From Candidatus Australimonas brisbanensis (GTDB lineage: Bacteria; Chloroflexota; Dehalococcoidia; Lucifugimonadales; Australimonadaceae), in contig JAYQTA010000005.1 of assembly GCA_038147155.1 (NCBI GenBank), positions 26,745 through 90,744 on the forward strand: DNA of 64,000 bases. The letters are read 5' to 3'. Shown here one piece after another: positions 8,773 to 18,098 of this stretch. Numbering within the stretch: position 1 is the stretch's first letter; each line of letters begins with the position of its first letter. The notes beneath the pieces were generated by a model. It was not told where the DNA came from and ran no database searches. It saw only the letters and a list, made by a program, of their open reading frames with translations. The position numbers and the translations under genes were made by a program.

Positions 8773-9791
8773 CGCTCCTGCTCACCACCTTCGGCCGCGC
8801 CGGACGCCTGGGCCATGGCCACCAGCTGCTCCACGGTGAGCCAGGCGTCATTGGTATCGGATGCGTAGGCAAACCCGTCCGGCAGCCGGGCACCCGCCTC
8901 CCACGCTCCGCCGTCCCACCATCCGTGCGAGGGCTCGATGACGTACCGGTCACCCACGTCCACGGCGGTGCGTGCCTCGTCCACGGAGAGCATCGACTCG
9001 TGGAGCTTCTCGCCGGGCCGGATACCGATCAGTTCCACCGCGCACTCGGGGGCGATGGCCCTGGCCAGGTCCGTCACCCGCATGCTGGGGAGCTTGGGGA
9101 CGAACACCTCGCCGCCGACCATCTCCTCCACGCACCGGGTCACGAAGCGCACGCCCTCTTCCAGCGTTATCCAGAAGCGAGTCATGCGCTCATCGGTGAT
9201 GGTGATGCGGCCAGTGTGCCGCTGTTCCCGGAAGAGCGGCACGACGCTGCCCCGGCTGCCCACCACGTTGCCGTAGCGCGTGCAGGCGAAGCGCGTCCCG
9301 GTTTCCCCGGAGTATGCGTTGCCCTGGATGAACAGCTTCTCAGCGCACAACTTGGTGGCCCCGTACAGGTTCACGGGGTTCACCGCCTTGTCGGTGGAGA
9401 GGGCCAGCACCTTGCGCACACCCCGGTCGATCGCCGCGTCGATGATGTTGGAGGCGCCGAGGACGTTGGTCTTGATGGCCTCCATGGGGTTGTACTCGCA
9501 GGCGGGCACCTGCTTGAGCGCCGCGGCGTGGATCACCACGTCCACCCCGTTGAACGCGCGGTAGAGGCGCTCGCGATCGCGCACGTCGCCGATGAAGTAC
9601 CGGATCGGCGTATCGCCCGTGTCCGGGAAGCGTTGGCGCATCTCGTGCTGCTTGAGCTCATCGCGGCTGAAGATGATGAGCTTGTTGGGCCGGTGCTCGC
9701 GCAGCAGCACCTCAGTGAACTTCTGCCCGAAGGAGCCAGTGCCTCCCGTCACCAGGACGTTGAGGCCCGACCAGTCCCACCGCTCGCTCAT
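8769..9791 (-). CDS. pseB: UDP-N-acetylglucosamine 4,6-dehydratase (inverting), PseB/FlaA1-like
   Basis: VLVTGGTGSFG, IFSRDELKQ and YGATK motifs. Start at ATG 9791 (MSERWDW) with a GGGGAG upstream. The ORF-track start 9854 is probably too far upstream. Confidence 0.85.
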   Translation of the reverse strand: MSERWDWSGLNVLVTGGTGSFGQKFTEVLLREHRPNKLIIFSRDELKQHEMRQRFPDTGDTPIRYFIGDVRDRERLYRAFNGVDVVIHAAALKQVPACEYNPMEAIKTNVLGASNIIDAAIDRGVRKVLALSTDKAVNPVNLYGATKLCAEKLFIQGNAYSGETGTRFACTRYGNVVGSRGSVVPLFREQRHTGRITITDERMTRFWITLEEGVRFVTRCVEEMVGGEVFVPKLPSMRVTDLARAIAPECAVELIGIRPGEKLHESMLSVDEARTAVDVGDRYVIEPSHGWWDGGAWEAGARLPDGFAYASDTNDAWLTVEQLVAMAQASGAAEGGEQER

Positions 9792-9881
9792 CGTCGCTCC
9801 CCGGCCGCCCGCAGCGGCACCACCCAGTTTCAGGGACGGCCCGCGCCCCCGCAACGGGTTAGGAGAGCGTGGTGCGCCTGC

Positions 9882-11690
9882 CTAGGCGCCGGGGGCCTCC
9901 GCGCCCGCCATGGCGCGGAAGTGGGCGTTGGAGGCCATCAACTCGGCATGGGTGCCGCTGTCCACGATGGCTCCGCTCTCGACCAGGTAGATGCGCTCGC
10001 ACGCGATGACGGTCTTGAGCCGGTGGGCGATGATCACCGTGGACACGGGCCCTCCCGGGCCGTTGAGCGCGGCGAGCACCGCGTCCTCCGTCACGCCGTC
10101 CAGCGCGTTGGTCGCCTCGTCCAGCACCAGCAGGGCCGGCTGGCGGTAGAGGGCGCGGGCGATGCCGAGGCGCTGGCGCTGACCTCCGGAGAGGCGAACG
10201 CCTCGGTCACCGACCGTGGTCTCGTACCCGCTGGAGAGCGCTGCGATGAAACCGTCCGCTTGAGCAAGCCGCGCCGCACGCTCGACGGCTTCATGGTCCA
10301 CCTGTGCGGGCGGCACGCCGAAGGCGATGTTGGCGGTGACCGTGTCGTCGATGAGATAGACCTCCTGGGTCACGTACCCGATGCCTCTCTGCCAGGCGGG
10401 CACCTGAACGTCGGTCAGTGCCACGCCATCCACCTCCAGCGCCCCCTCCTGCGGGCGCAGCAGCCCCAGAAGCAGGTCCACCAGCGTGGTCTTCCCCGCC
10501 CCGGTGGTGCCCACCAGACCGACCCGTGAACCGGCGGGCACCTCCAGCGTCACCCCCTGAACCGCGGGCGTGGAGGCACCGGGGTAGGTGAAGGCGGCCC
10601 CCCGAAGCGCCGCTCCCTGAACCAGGGGCAGCGTGCGCAGCCCACGCTGGGCGGCCTCCCGCTGCTGGGTCGATTCCTCGTCCTCCATGTCGGCCAGGAT
10701 CGCCTCCGCGACAGGCACGTTGAAGCGGAGCGTCACCGCGCTGGAGTAGAGCGTCTGCAGGTGGGGGATCAGCCGGTACCCCGCGAAGGCGAAGAGGCCG
10801 ATGGTCGGCAGGATGCTGTCGAGCGGGTGGTTGCGGGCGATCATGACCAGTGTGACGCCCATGAGCCCACCGAAGGCCAGGACCAGGATCGCGAAACGGG
10901 GCAGTTGGGCGAGTACCTCCGTCTGCGCCATGTTCCGGCCCAGCCTGCGGAAGGGCGCCGTGAACTTCGCCAGGAAAACGCTTTCGTTCCCCAGCAGCTT
11001 GATGGTCTTCACTCCGCCCAGGGCCTCGGCAGTGGCCCTGTAGCGTTGCTCGTTGTCCACCACCCGCTCCTGGCCCAGGCGTCGCAGCCGCCGGCGCAGC
11101 ACCGCGAAGAGCGCCCCGTACACGGAGCCAGCGATGAGCCCCACTCCGATGGCGATACGCCAGTCCACATACACCAGCAGCGCTCCCACAAGGGTCACCA
11201 CCAGCGCTCGGGAGATGAAGGTGAGCGCAGGCACCGCAACGCCGCTGACGAACTGGTCCACGTCATAGAGAACCCGGCCAGACATCTGTGCGGTGTTGCG
11301 GGTGAGGAAGTAGGCGTAGGGCTGGTGGAGGTAGTGGCGCAGCAAACGCCGGGCCGTATCGCGCACCAGCGACCAGAAGAACCGCTGGGTGAACCAGATC
11401 ATCATGGCGCCCGCGATGTTGGCCAACACGAACAGCCCGAAGACGATGATGCCGGTTGCCAGGAGCAGGTCACGCTGGGTCGTGGTCCCCAGCAGGTCAG
11501 CGAGGGAGAGGAGGAACCGGTTCCGTTCGACCTCGGAGGGGTTGGCCAGCAGGGCGAGGAACGGGGCGATGGAGGCGATGCCCACCATGTCCAGCATCCC
11601 GACCACCGCCGAGAGGCCAAGCAGCCCCCAGGCGCCGCGGCGCTGCGCTGGTCCGCCTATGCGGTACGAGAGGAAGATCGCCCGCCACAC
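9882..11690 (-). CDS. ABC transporter, fused permease/ATP-binding exporter (MsbA-like)
   Basis: Six-TM N-domain. Walker A GTTGAGKTT, signature LSGGQRQR, Walker B LLVLDEAT. Confidence 0.85.
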   Translation of the reverse strand: MWRAIFLSYRIGGPAQRRGAWGLLGLSAVVGMLDMVGIASIAPFLALLANPSEVERNRFLLSLADLLGTTTQRDLLLATGIIVFGLFVLANIAGAMMIWFTQRFFWSLVRDTARRLLRHYLHQPYAYFLTRNTAQMSGRVLYDVDQFVSGVAVPALTFISRALVVTLVGALLVYVDWRIAIGVGLIAGSVYGALFAVLRRRLRRLGQERVVDNEQRYRATAEALGGVKTIKLLGNESVFLAKFTAPFRRLGRNMAQTEVLAQLPRFAILVLAFGGLMGVTLVMIARNHPLDSILPTIGLFAFAGYRLIPHLQTLYSSAVTLRFNVPVAEAILADMEDEESTQQREAAQRGLRTLPLVQGAALRGAAFTYPGASTPAVQGVTLEVPAGSRVGLVGTTGAGKTTLVDLLLGLLRPQEGALEVDGVALTDVQVPAWQRGIGYVTQEVYLIDDTVTANIAFGVPPAQVDHEAVERAARLAQADGFIAALSSGYETTVGDRGVRLSGGQRQRLGIARALYRQPALLVLDEATNALDGVTEDAVLAALNGPGGPVSTVIIAHRLKTVIACERIYLVESGAIVDSGTHAELMASNAHFRAMAGAEAPGA

Positions 11691-11747
11691 GCTAGCACCT
11701 CCTCGCCGGAACGCGCTCGCCCACCCTGCCCTTCGATCTCATCCCGC

Positions 11748-13064
11748 TCACAGCCTCCAGTAGCTCAGGTGCCGCGCGGCGGCGGCGGCCGGGTCCACCA
11801 GCCCCTTGACGTCCACCACCACGCCACCGGGGGTCACGGTCTGCATCCAGTTGGCCGCGGACTCACGGAAGGAGCGGTGCGCAACGGCCACCACCACGGC
11901 ATCGAAGCCGCGGGCGAAGGAGGTGTGGGGCTTGATACCCAACGCCTCAATCTCCGCCGCCGACAGGTGCGGGTCGTGCGCCAGCACCTTGGCCCCGGCC
12001 TCCATGAGCGCGTGGGTCAGCGCCACCGCGCCGGAGTTGCGGGTGTCCCGCACCTCCTCCTTGAAGGTGAGGCCCAGCACCAGGATCAGCGACTTCCCGA
12101 TGGGCTTGCCCGCCGCCTCCAGCAGACGCACCGTCTCCCCTGCCACGTGGCCCGGTATCGCATCGTTCACGCGGCGCCCCGCCAATATCAGCTCCGGCTC
12201 ATGCCCGGCGCGCCGCGCCGCGTAGGTGAGGTAGTACGGGTCCACCGGGATGCAGTGCCCGCCCACCAGGCCCGGGGTGAAGGGCAGGAAGTTCCACTTG
12301 GTGCGCGCGGCCTCCAGCACGGCTTGGGTGTCCACGCCCATGCGCGGGAAGAGCAGCGCCAGTTCGTTCATCAGGGCGATGTTCACGTCGCGCTGGACGT
12401 TCTCGATCACCTTGGCCGCCTCGGCCGTGCGGATGTCGGGTGCGCGGTGCACCCCTGCCGCCGCCACCAGGCTGTACACCCCGGCCACCCGCTCCAGCGT
12501 GGCGGCGTCCATGCCGGAGACCACCTTCACCACCTGGGCCAGGCCGTGGACGCCGTCACCGGGGTTGATGCGCTCAGGCGAGTAGCCCACCACGAACCCC
12601 TCGCCGGCGTGCAGGCCCGATGCCTCCTCCAGGATGGGGACGCACACCTCCTCGGTGCAGCCGGGGTAGACGGTGGACTCGAGCACAACCACCGGCGCGG
12701 GGCCCTCGGCGCGGCGCTGCGCCAGCGCCTGTCCCACCGTGCGGCTCGCCGCCTGGAGCGGGCCCAGGTCCGGCTCCTTGGACTCCTCGTGCACCGGCGT
12801 GGGCACGGAGACCACGAAGAAGCCCGCCTCGGCCAGGTCGTGCGGGTCCGAGGAGAAGCGCAGCAGCCCCTGGCGCAGCACCCCGGTGGGCACGTCGCCG
12901 TTGCGGTCCACGCCGCGGCGCAGTTCGGCGATGCGCTCACGGTTGATGTCGAAGCCGATGGTGCGCACGTGCTGGGCGAGGGCGGCGGCCAGCGGCAGGC
13001 CGACGTAGCCCTGGCCGATGACGGCGATACAGGACGGGAGGGCGGGGTCAGGGATGGTGGTCAC
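11748..13064 (-). CDS. nucleotide-sugar 6-dehydrogenase, TviB/WbpO-like (UDP-N-acetylhexosamine dehydrogenase type)
   Basis: IAVIGQGYVGLPLAAAL, then IGFDINRERIAELRRG. Catalytic GGHCIPVDP motif. Confidence 0.8.
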   Translation of the reverse strand: MTTIPDPALPSCIAVIGQGYVGLPLAAALAQHVRTIGFDINRERIAELRRGVDRNGDVPTGVLRQGLLRFSSDPHDLAEAGFFVVSVPTPVHEESKEPDLGPLQAASRTVGQALAQRRAEGPAPVVVLESTVYPGCTEEVCVPILEEASGLHAGEGFVVGYSPERINPGDGVHGLAQVVKVVSGMDAATLERVAGVYSLVAAAGVHRAPDIRTAEAAKVIENVQRDVNIALMNELALLFPRMGVDTQAVLEAARTKWNFLPFTPGLVGGHCIPVDPYYLTYAARRAGHEPELILAGRRVNDAIPGHVAGETVRLLEAAGKPIGKSLILVLGLTFKEEVRDTRNSGAVALTHALMEAGAKVLAHDPHLSAAEIEALGIKPHTSFARGFDAVVVAVAHRSFRESAANWMQTVTPGGVVVDVKGLVDPAAAAARHLSYWRL

Positions 13065-13097
13065 GGAAGCGATTCTCCAGGCCGGATGACTTGGGGA

Positions 13098-14024
13098 CTA
13101 GCGGACTCGACCGGTGCGCAGGCTCTCGACGGTGGCCCCGATACCCGCCTCCAGCGGCGTGCGCGGGGCCCAATCCAGCTCACGGTGGGCGGCTGACGCA
13201 TCGAGCCAGACGCGCTGCACATCGCCAGAGCGGGACGGGGCGTGCCGGGGGTCAAGCGCGTAGCCGGTGGCGCGCGCCAGCGATGCGAACAGCTCGTTCA
13301 CGCTGGTGCCCACGCCCGTGCCGACGTTGTAGACGCCACTCTCCCCTGCCTCCAGGGAACGCAGGTTGGCATCCACCACGTCGGCCACGTACACGAAATC
13401 GCGCTGCTGCTCTCCATCGCCGAAGATGGTGACGGGCTCGCCCGCCAGCATCCGCGCCGCGAAGATCGCCACCACGCCCGCCTCCCCCGCAGGGTCCTGA
13501 CGCGGGCCGTACACGTTGGCGTAGCGCAGGATCACGGCGTCCATGCCGGACTGCGCGGCGAGCGCGTGGACGTAGGCTTCACCCGACGCCTTGGACGCCC
13601 CGTAGGGCGAGAGGGGCCGGATGGGGTGGCGCTCATCGCACGGGAGCGTGTGCGGCTCGCCGTAGAGCGCCCCGCCGGTGGAGGAGAAGACGAACCGGCC
13701 CACCCCCGCCGCAGCGCACGCGCGCAGCAGGTTCAGGGTGCCCAGCACGTTGACGCGGGCGTCGTGCTCCGGCTCGCGCACCGACTCGGACACCGAGGCG
13801 TGGGCGGCCAGGTGGAACACCGCCTCCGGGGCCTGCTCCACCACCAGGACGGTCAGCGCCGGATCCAGGATGTCCATCGCCACCAGGTGAGCGCCGGGGG
13901 GCACCTGCTCACGCCGTCCGGTCGACAGGTCGTCCACCACCGTCACGGCGTGGCCCGCCGCCACCAGCGCGTCGGTCAGGTGCGAGCCGATGAAGCCCGC
14001 CCCGCCGGTGAGGAGCACCCTCAT
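13098..14024 (-). CDS. NAD-dependent epimerase/dehydratase (GalE-like)
   Basis: MRVLLTGGAGFIGSH and YGASK motifs. Start at ATG 14024 overlaps the upstream TGA (ATGA). Confidence 0.8.
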   Translation of the reverse strand: MRVLLTGGAGFIGSHLTDALVAAGHAVTVVDDLSTGRREQVPPGAHLVAMDILDPALTVLVVEQAPEAVFHLAAHASVSESVREPEHDARVNVLGTLNLLRACAAAGVGRFVFSSTGGALYGEPHTLPCDERHPIRPLSPYGASKASGEAYVHALAAQSGMDAVILRYANVYGPRQDPAGEAGVVAIFAARMLAGEPVTIFGDGEQQRDFVYVADVVDANLRSLEAGESGVYNVGTGVGTSVNELFASLARATGYALDPRHAPSRSGDVQRVWLDASAAHRELDWAPRTPLEAGIGATVESLRTGRVR

Positions 14025-14986
14025 GGCAGCGGGACCTCCAGCACCCACTCTCGGTTCTCCCGGTACCAGTCCACCGCGCAGGCCAGCCCCTGGGCCAGCG
14101 AGGTTCGCGGCTCCCAGTCCAGCAGGCGCCGCGCCTTGGAGATGTCGGCAGAGGTCCTCGGCACGTCTGCGGGGTGGGAGGGGACGTACTCCACCTGCGC
14201 TGGCCGCTCCAGCAGCCCCTCCAGCGTGGCGATGACGCCGTTGATGGACTCCGGCTCATCGCCGCCCAGGTTGATGATCTCGTACCCCAGGGGACGCAGG
14301 GCCGCCACCGTGCCGCGCGCCACGTCCTCCACGAAGGTGAAGTCGCGGCTCTGGGTGCCGTCACCCGTCACCCGCAGCGTTTCCCTCTCGGCGATCCAGC
14401 GGATGAACCGGAAGATGCTCATGTCGGGGCGGCCCGCCGGGCCGTACACGGTGAAGTAGCGCAGGACGCTCACGTCCAGCCCGTGCAGGTGGTGGTAGGT
14501 GTAGCAGAGCGCCTCCGCCGCCTTCTTGCTGGCGGCGTAGGGGGAGAGGGGCCGGTCGGTGGGGTCGTCCTCGCGGAAGGCCCCCTCCCGCACCCCGTAG
14601 GCGGAGGAGGTGGATGAGAGGACGAACTTGCCCACCCCATGCGTCCGGCACGCCTCCAGCAGGTTCAGCGTGCCCGTGAGGTTGGTGGCGTAGTAAGCCC
14701 ACGGGTCGTCCACGGAGGGCTGCACCCCGGCGCGGGCCGCCAGGTTCACCACCGCCGCCGGGGCCTCCTGGGCGAACAGCGCCGCGACGGCGTCACGGTC
14801 GGTGATGTCCGCTCGCTGGAAGGTGAACCCGGGCTGGGCGCGCAGGCGGGCCAGGCGCCACTCCTTCAGGCGCACGTCATAGGTGGCGTTGAGGTTGTCC
14901 ACGCCCACGACGCGCTCGCCCTGCTCCAGCAGCCGCGCCGCCACCTGGGAGCCGATGAATCCGGCGGCGCCCGTCACCAGGATCAC
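14021..14986 (-). CDS. NAD-dependent epimerase, UDP-glucuronate 4-epimerase-like
   Basis: ILVTGAAGFIGSQVA, DNLNATYDVRLKEWRL and YAASK motifs. GTG start overlaps the ugd stop (GTGA). Confidence 0.8.
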   Translation of the reverse strand: MILVTGAAGFIGSQVAARLLEQGERVVGVDNLNATYDVRLKEWRLARLRAQPGFTFQRADITDRDAVAALFAQEAPAAVVNLAARAGVQPSVDDPWAYYATNLTGTLNLLEACRTHGVGKFVLSSTSSAYGVREGAFREDDPTDRPLSPYAASKKAAEALCYTYHHLHGLDVSVLRYFTVYGPAGRPDMSIFRFIRWIAERETLRVTGDGTQSRDFTFVEDVARGTVAALRPLGYEIINLGGDEPESINGVIATLEGLLERPAQVEYVPSHPADVPRTSADISKARRLLDWEPRTSLAQGLACAVDWYRENREWVLEVPLP

Positions 14987-16314
14987 GCGGGCCTCCCAAC
15001 GCCCACGTAGGTGAAGCCCGCGGCGCGAACGGCAGCGGGATCCAGCAGGTTGCGGGCGTCCATCAGCAGGTCTCCCGCCATGCGCTCACGCAGCCGGGCC
15101 AGGTCCAGCGCCCGGTACTGGGGCCACTCGGTGAGCACGGCGATGGCGTGCGCGCCCTCGCCCACGGCGTACGGGTCGTCAACGCACGCCAGCCCCGGCA
15201 TGGCCGCGCGGGCCGCGTCCATCGCCGCCGGGTCGTGGGCGCGCACCGTGGCGCCCTCGCGTCCCAGGCGGTCCACCAGGCGCATGGGCATGGAGTCCCG
15301 CACGTCGTTGGTGCCCGCCTTGAAGGCCAGGCCCAGCGCGCCGATGACCCGGTTGTACAGCAGCCCGCCCAGGCCCGCACGCAGGCGGGAGGCCACCTCC
15401 TCCAACTGCCCCTCGTTGCGCTCCAGCGCCGCCCGCAGAAGCCCCGGCTGGAAGCCGTGGGACTCCGCCACGTGCACCAGGGCGCGCAGGTCCTTCTCCA
15501 GGCACGGGCCGCCGAAACCGAGGCCGGGGTGCAGGTAGGAGGCGCCGATGCGCGGGTCGAGCCCCAGCCCGTGGGCCAGTTCCTCCACGTCCGCGCCGGT
15601 GCGCTCGCACACCCAGGCGAGTTCGTTGATGAAGGAGATGCGGGTCGCCAGATACGCATTGGCCGCGTACTTGATCATCTGCGCCGTGGGAATGGAGGTC
15701 TCCACCAGCGGTGCGGGGCCGTCCTGTCCGGGGGCCTGCCCGGCCAGCAGCGGAGCGTACAGATCACGCAGCACCGCCAGGGGGCGCTCACCGGCGGCGC
15801 CGGTGACGATGCGGTCGGGATTGAAGAAGTCGGCCAGTCCCTTGCCTTCGCGCAGGAACTCCGGGTTGGCGGCGATGTCGAAGTCCTCGCCCTCCCGGTG
15901 GCGTTCGCCCAGGATCTGCCGCACTAGGTCCACGGTGCCCACCGGAACGGTGCTCTTGAGCACCACCACCGCGTAGGGGGTGAGGTGCTGGGCTATCTGG
16001 CGGGTGACTGCCACCACCTGGGAGAGGTCCGACTGCCCATCGGGTGCGGGGGGCGTGCCCACGGCGATGAGCACCACCGCCGCGCCGGAGATGGCCTCTG
16101 CGGCGCCGGTGGTGAAGGAGAGGCGACCTGCGGCCAGTTGTGCGGCCAGCAGCGCCTCCATGCCCTCCTCCACGATGGGCGAGCGCCCCGAGGAGAGCAG
16201 GGAGACCTTGGCCTCGTTCACATCGGCGCAGACCACCGTGTGGCCCAGCGCGGCGAGACCGGCTCCGGTGACCAGCCCCACGTAGCCCGCACCGCCCAGA
16301 ACCGCAACGCGCAT
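14983..16314 (-). CDS. ugd: UDP-glucose 6-dehydrogenase
   Basis: MRVAVLGGAGYVGLVTGAGLA start at ATG 16314. GFGGPCLEKD catalytic motif. The 976-aa ORF-track extension upstream lies antisense to the antiporter and CBS genes and is rejected. Confidence 0.85.
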   Translation of the reverse strand: MRVAVLGGAGYVGLVTGAGLAALGHTVVCADVNEAKVSLLSSGRSPIVEEGMEALLAAQLAAGRLSFTTGAAEAISGAAVVLIAVGTPPAPDGQSDLSQVVAVTRQIAQHLTPYAVVVLKSTVPVGTVDLVRQILGERHREGEDFDIAANPEFLREGKGLADFFNPDRIVTGAAGERPLAVLRDLYAPLLAGQAPGQDGPAPLVETSIPTAQMIKYAANAYLATRISFINELAWVCERTGADVEELAHGLGLDPRIGASYLHPGLGFGGPCLEKDLRALVHVAESHGFQPGLLRAALERNEGQLEEVASRLRAGLGGLLYNRVIGALGLAFKAGTNDVRDSMPMRLVDRLGREGATVRAHDPAAMDAARAAMPGLACVDDPYAVGEGAHAIAVLTEWPQYRALDLARLRERMAGDLLMDARNLLDPAAVRAAGFTYVGVGRPA

Positions 16315-16420
16315 GCCGGTGCACCCCCGTGCGGCCCAGGCTACACTAGCCCCCGCGCTCAGCAGAACCGATTCCGCGCGCACCGACGCGCCTGACCGCA
16401 GCGCGCCCACGAGGTGAGCC

Positions 16421-17556
16421 ATGCACGAGGTGCTGCTCCAGACCGCCGCCCTGGTGGCGCTGGCGAAGTTGGCCGAGGCCCTGGCGGTGCGCCTGCGCCT
16501 GAGCCCCCTGGCGGGGTGGGTTGCCGCAGGCCTGCTGCTGGGCCCGGTGGCGGGCTGGGCGCACCCCTCCGATGGGCTCTCGCTCCTTGCCTCCCTGGGC
16601 CTGGCGCTCCTCTTCTTCCTGGTGCGCGCCGACGAGATGGACCCTGCGGGCGTGGTGCGCGCGCTGCGCGGGCGCACGTTCCTCGCGGTGAGCGCCGCCC
16701 TGCTGCCGCCCTTCGCCGCCGGGCTGTGGGCAGCGAGCCACCTGGGCCTGCCGGTGCCCGTGGGCATCGTGCTGGCCGGGGTACTGGCACTCACCAGCCT
16801 GGGGGTGGTGGCAACGGTAATGTCCGATGCGGGGGCACTGCGCGCCGGTGCGGGGCTGCACGTGTTCACCCTGGTGGCGGTATTGGAGCTAGCGCTGCTG
16901 CTGGTGGCGGGCTCGGCGCTGCGTGTGGGTGCGGAGGGACACGCATTCGGTTGGGCGGAGGGCGGGCTGCTGGCCGCACGCATCGTGGGCTTCGCCGCCG
17001 TCGCCTGGGCGCTGGCTGCATGGGTGATGCCGTGGGTGCTGCTGCGCCTGCGCCGGTGGGTGGACGTGCCGCAGCTGGCGTTGGGCGTGGTCATGGGCGG
17101 GCTGCTGGCGGCCTTCGTCCTGTCCAAGGAGGCCGGGCTGCACGGCTCCCTGGGCGCGCTCCTGTTCGGGATGGCGCTCTCCGGCCTGCCGCGTTCGCTG
17201 CGCTCGGAACTGCTGCCCCCGCGCGGGGCATCGCCTCCGGCCTGTTCGTCCCCCTCTTCTTCGCCACCGCCGGTCTGCGGGTGGACGCCTCCTTCCTGGA
17301 TCTGCCGCTCATGACCGTGGCGGTGGTGCTGGTGGCGGCTGTCCCCGCCAAGGCGGCGGGCGCAGCGCTGGCCGGGATGCTGGCTCCCACGGGGTACCGG
17401 CTCGCCACGGCGGCAGGCCTGATGGGCAAGGGCGTCGCGGAACTGGCGCTGCTGGTGTTGCTGGCCGAGGCCGGGCTCATCGGCCAGCCTCTGTTCGCGC
17501 TCCTGTCGGTGGTGATGCTGGGGTACATCCTGCTGGCCCCCGCGGGCATCTCCTAG
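16421..17556 (+). pseudogene. cation:proton antiporter (Kef/NhaP-like), interrupted by a +/-1 frameshift
   Basis: The N-terminal 270 aa lie in frame 16421. The C-terminal RGIASGLFVPLFFATAGLRVD...LLAPAGIS continues in the frame of ORF 16414..17556. The switch falls at the run ctgcccccgcgcgggg near 17215-17230. Confidence 0.7.
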
Positions 17557-17598
17557 GCCGCTCGGCGTGCCTAGTCCGGCGCGGGGCAGGCGCGACCG

Positions 17599-18018
17599 GT
17601 GCCTCCCTCCTACGCGCGCTACGCCCTCACGGGACTCACCGCGGCCGACGCCATGGGTCACGAGTCGGCGCTGCCGCACGACGGCCTGACGCTGGCCGAG
17701 TTCATGGAGCGCTGGGCCGAGGGCGGGCGGCGTGAGTACGCCGTGGCCAAGGAGGATGGCACGCTGGCCGTGGTGTTCCCCATGACCAGCGTGCAGGACG
17801 TGCCCCGTGAGCGCTGGGCCGAGACACCCATCGCCGGGCTGCTGCGCCGCCGGGGCCCCATTGCCAGCCCCGACGTGCCGCTGGACGAGGTACTGGAGGC
17901 CATGGCAGTGCACCGGGTGGGCACGGTTCCCGTGGTGGAGGCTGACTCGCGCAAACTGCTGGGGGAGATCACCGCCTCCAGCGTGGTGGCGCTGCTGGGG
18001 AGCGCGCCGGCGGCCTGA
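17599..18018 (+). CDS. CBS domain pair protein
   Basis: Two CBS-like repeats (LTAADAMGHE... and ...VGTVPVVEADSRKLLGEITASSVVALL). GTG start. Confidence 0.75.
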   Translation: MPPSYARYALTGLTAADAMGHESALPHDGLTLAEFMERWAEGGRREYAVAKEDGTLAVVFPMTSVQDVPRERWAETPIAGLLRRRGPIASPDVPLDEVLEAMAVHRVGTVPVVEADSRKLLGEITASSVVALLGSAPAA

Positions 18019-18098
18019 GGCGCGCTCCGCCGCTCCCGTCCCCCGGTGCCCGGTGATACACTCGCGCCCGCCGGGGAACCACCCCGCCGGAGCACCGC

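Noticed and set aside
10761-13196. 811-aa plus-strand ORF, and similar long shadow ORFs (21575..23182-, 22989..24461-, 30766..32529+, 39913..41247-, 43344..44780-, 52844 upstream part, 61061 upstream part)
   Set aside because: All overlap well-supported genes on the opposite strand or extend real genes upstream into non-coding or antisense sequence. None has recognisable motifs.
16315-17913. Upstream 530-aa extension of the ugd ORF (ORF track 14983..17913)
   Set aside because: The extension lies antisense to the antiporter and CBS genes and is Arg/Ser/Pro/Ala-rich. The canonical N-terminus MRVAVLGGAGYVG begins at ATG 16314.
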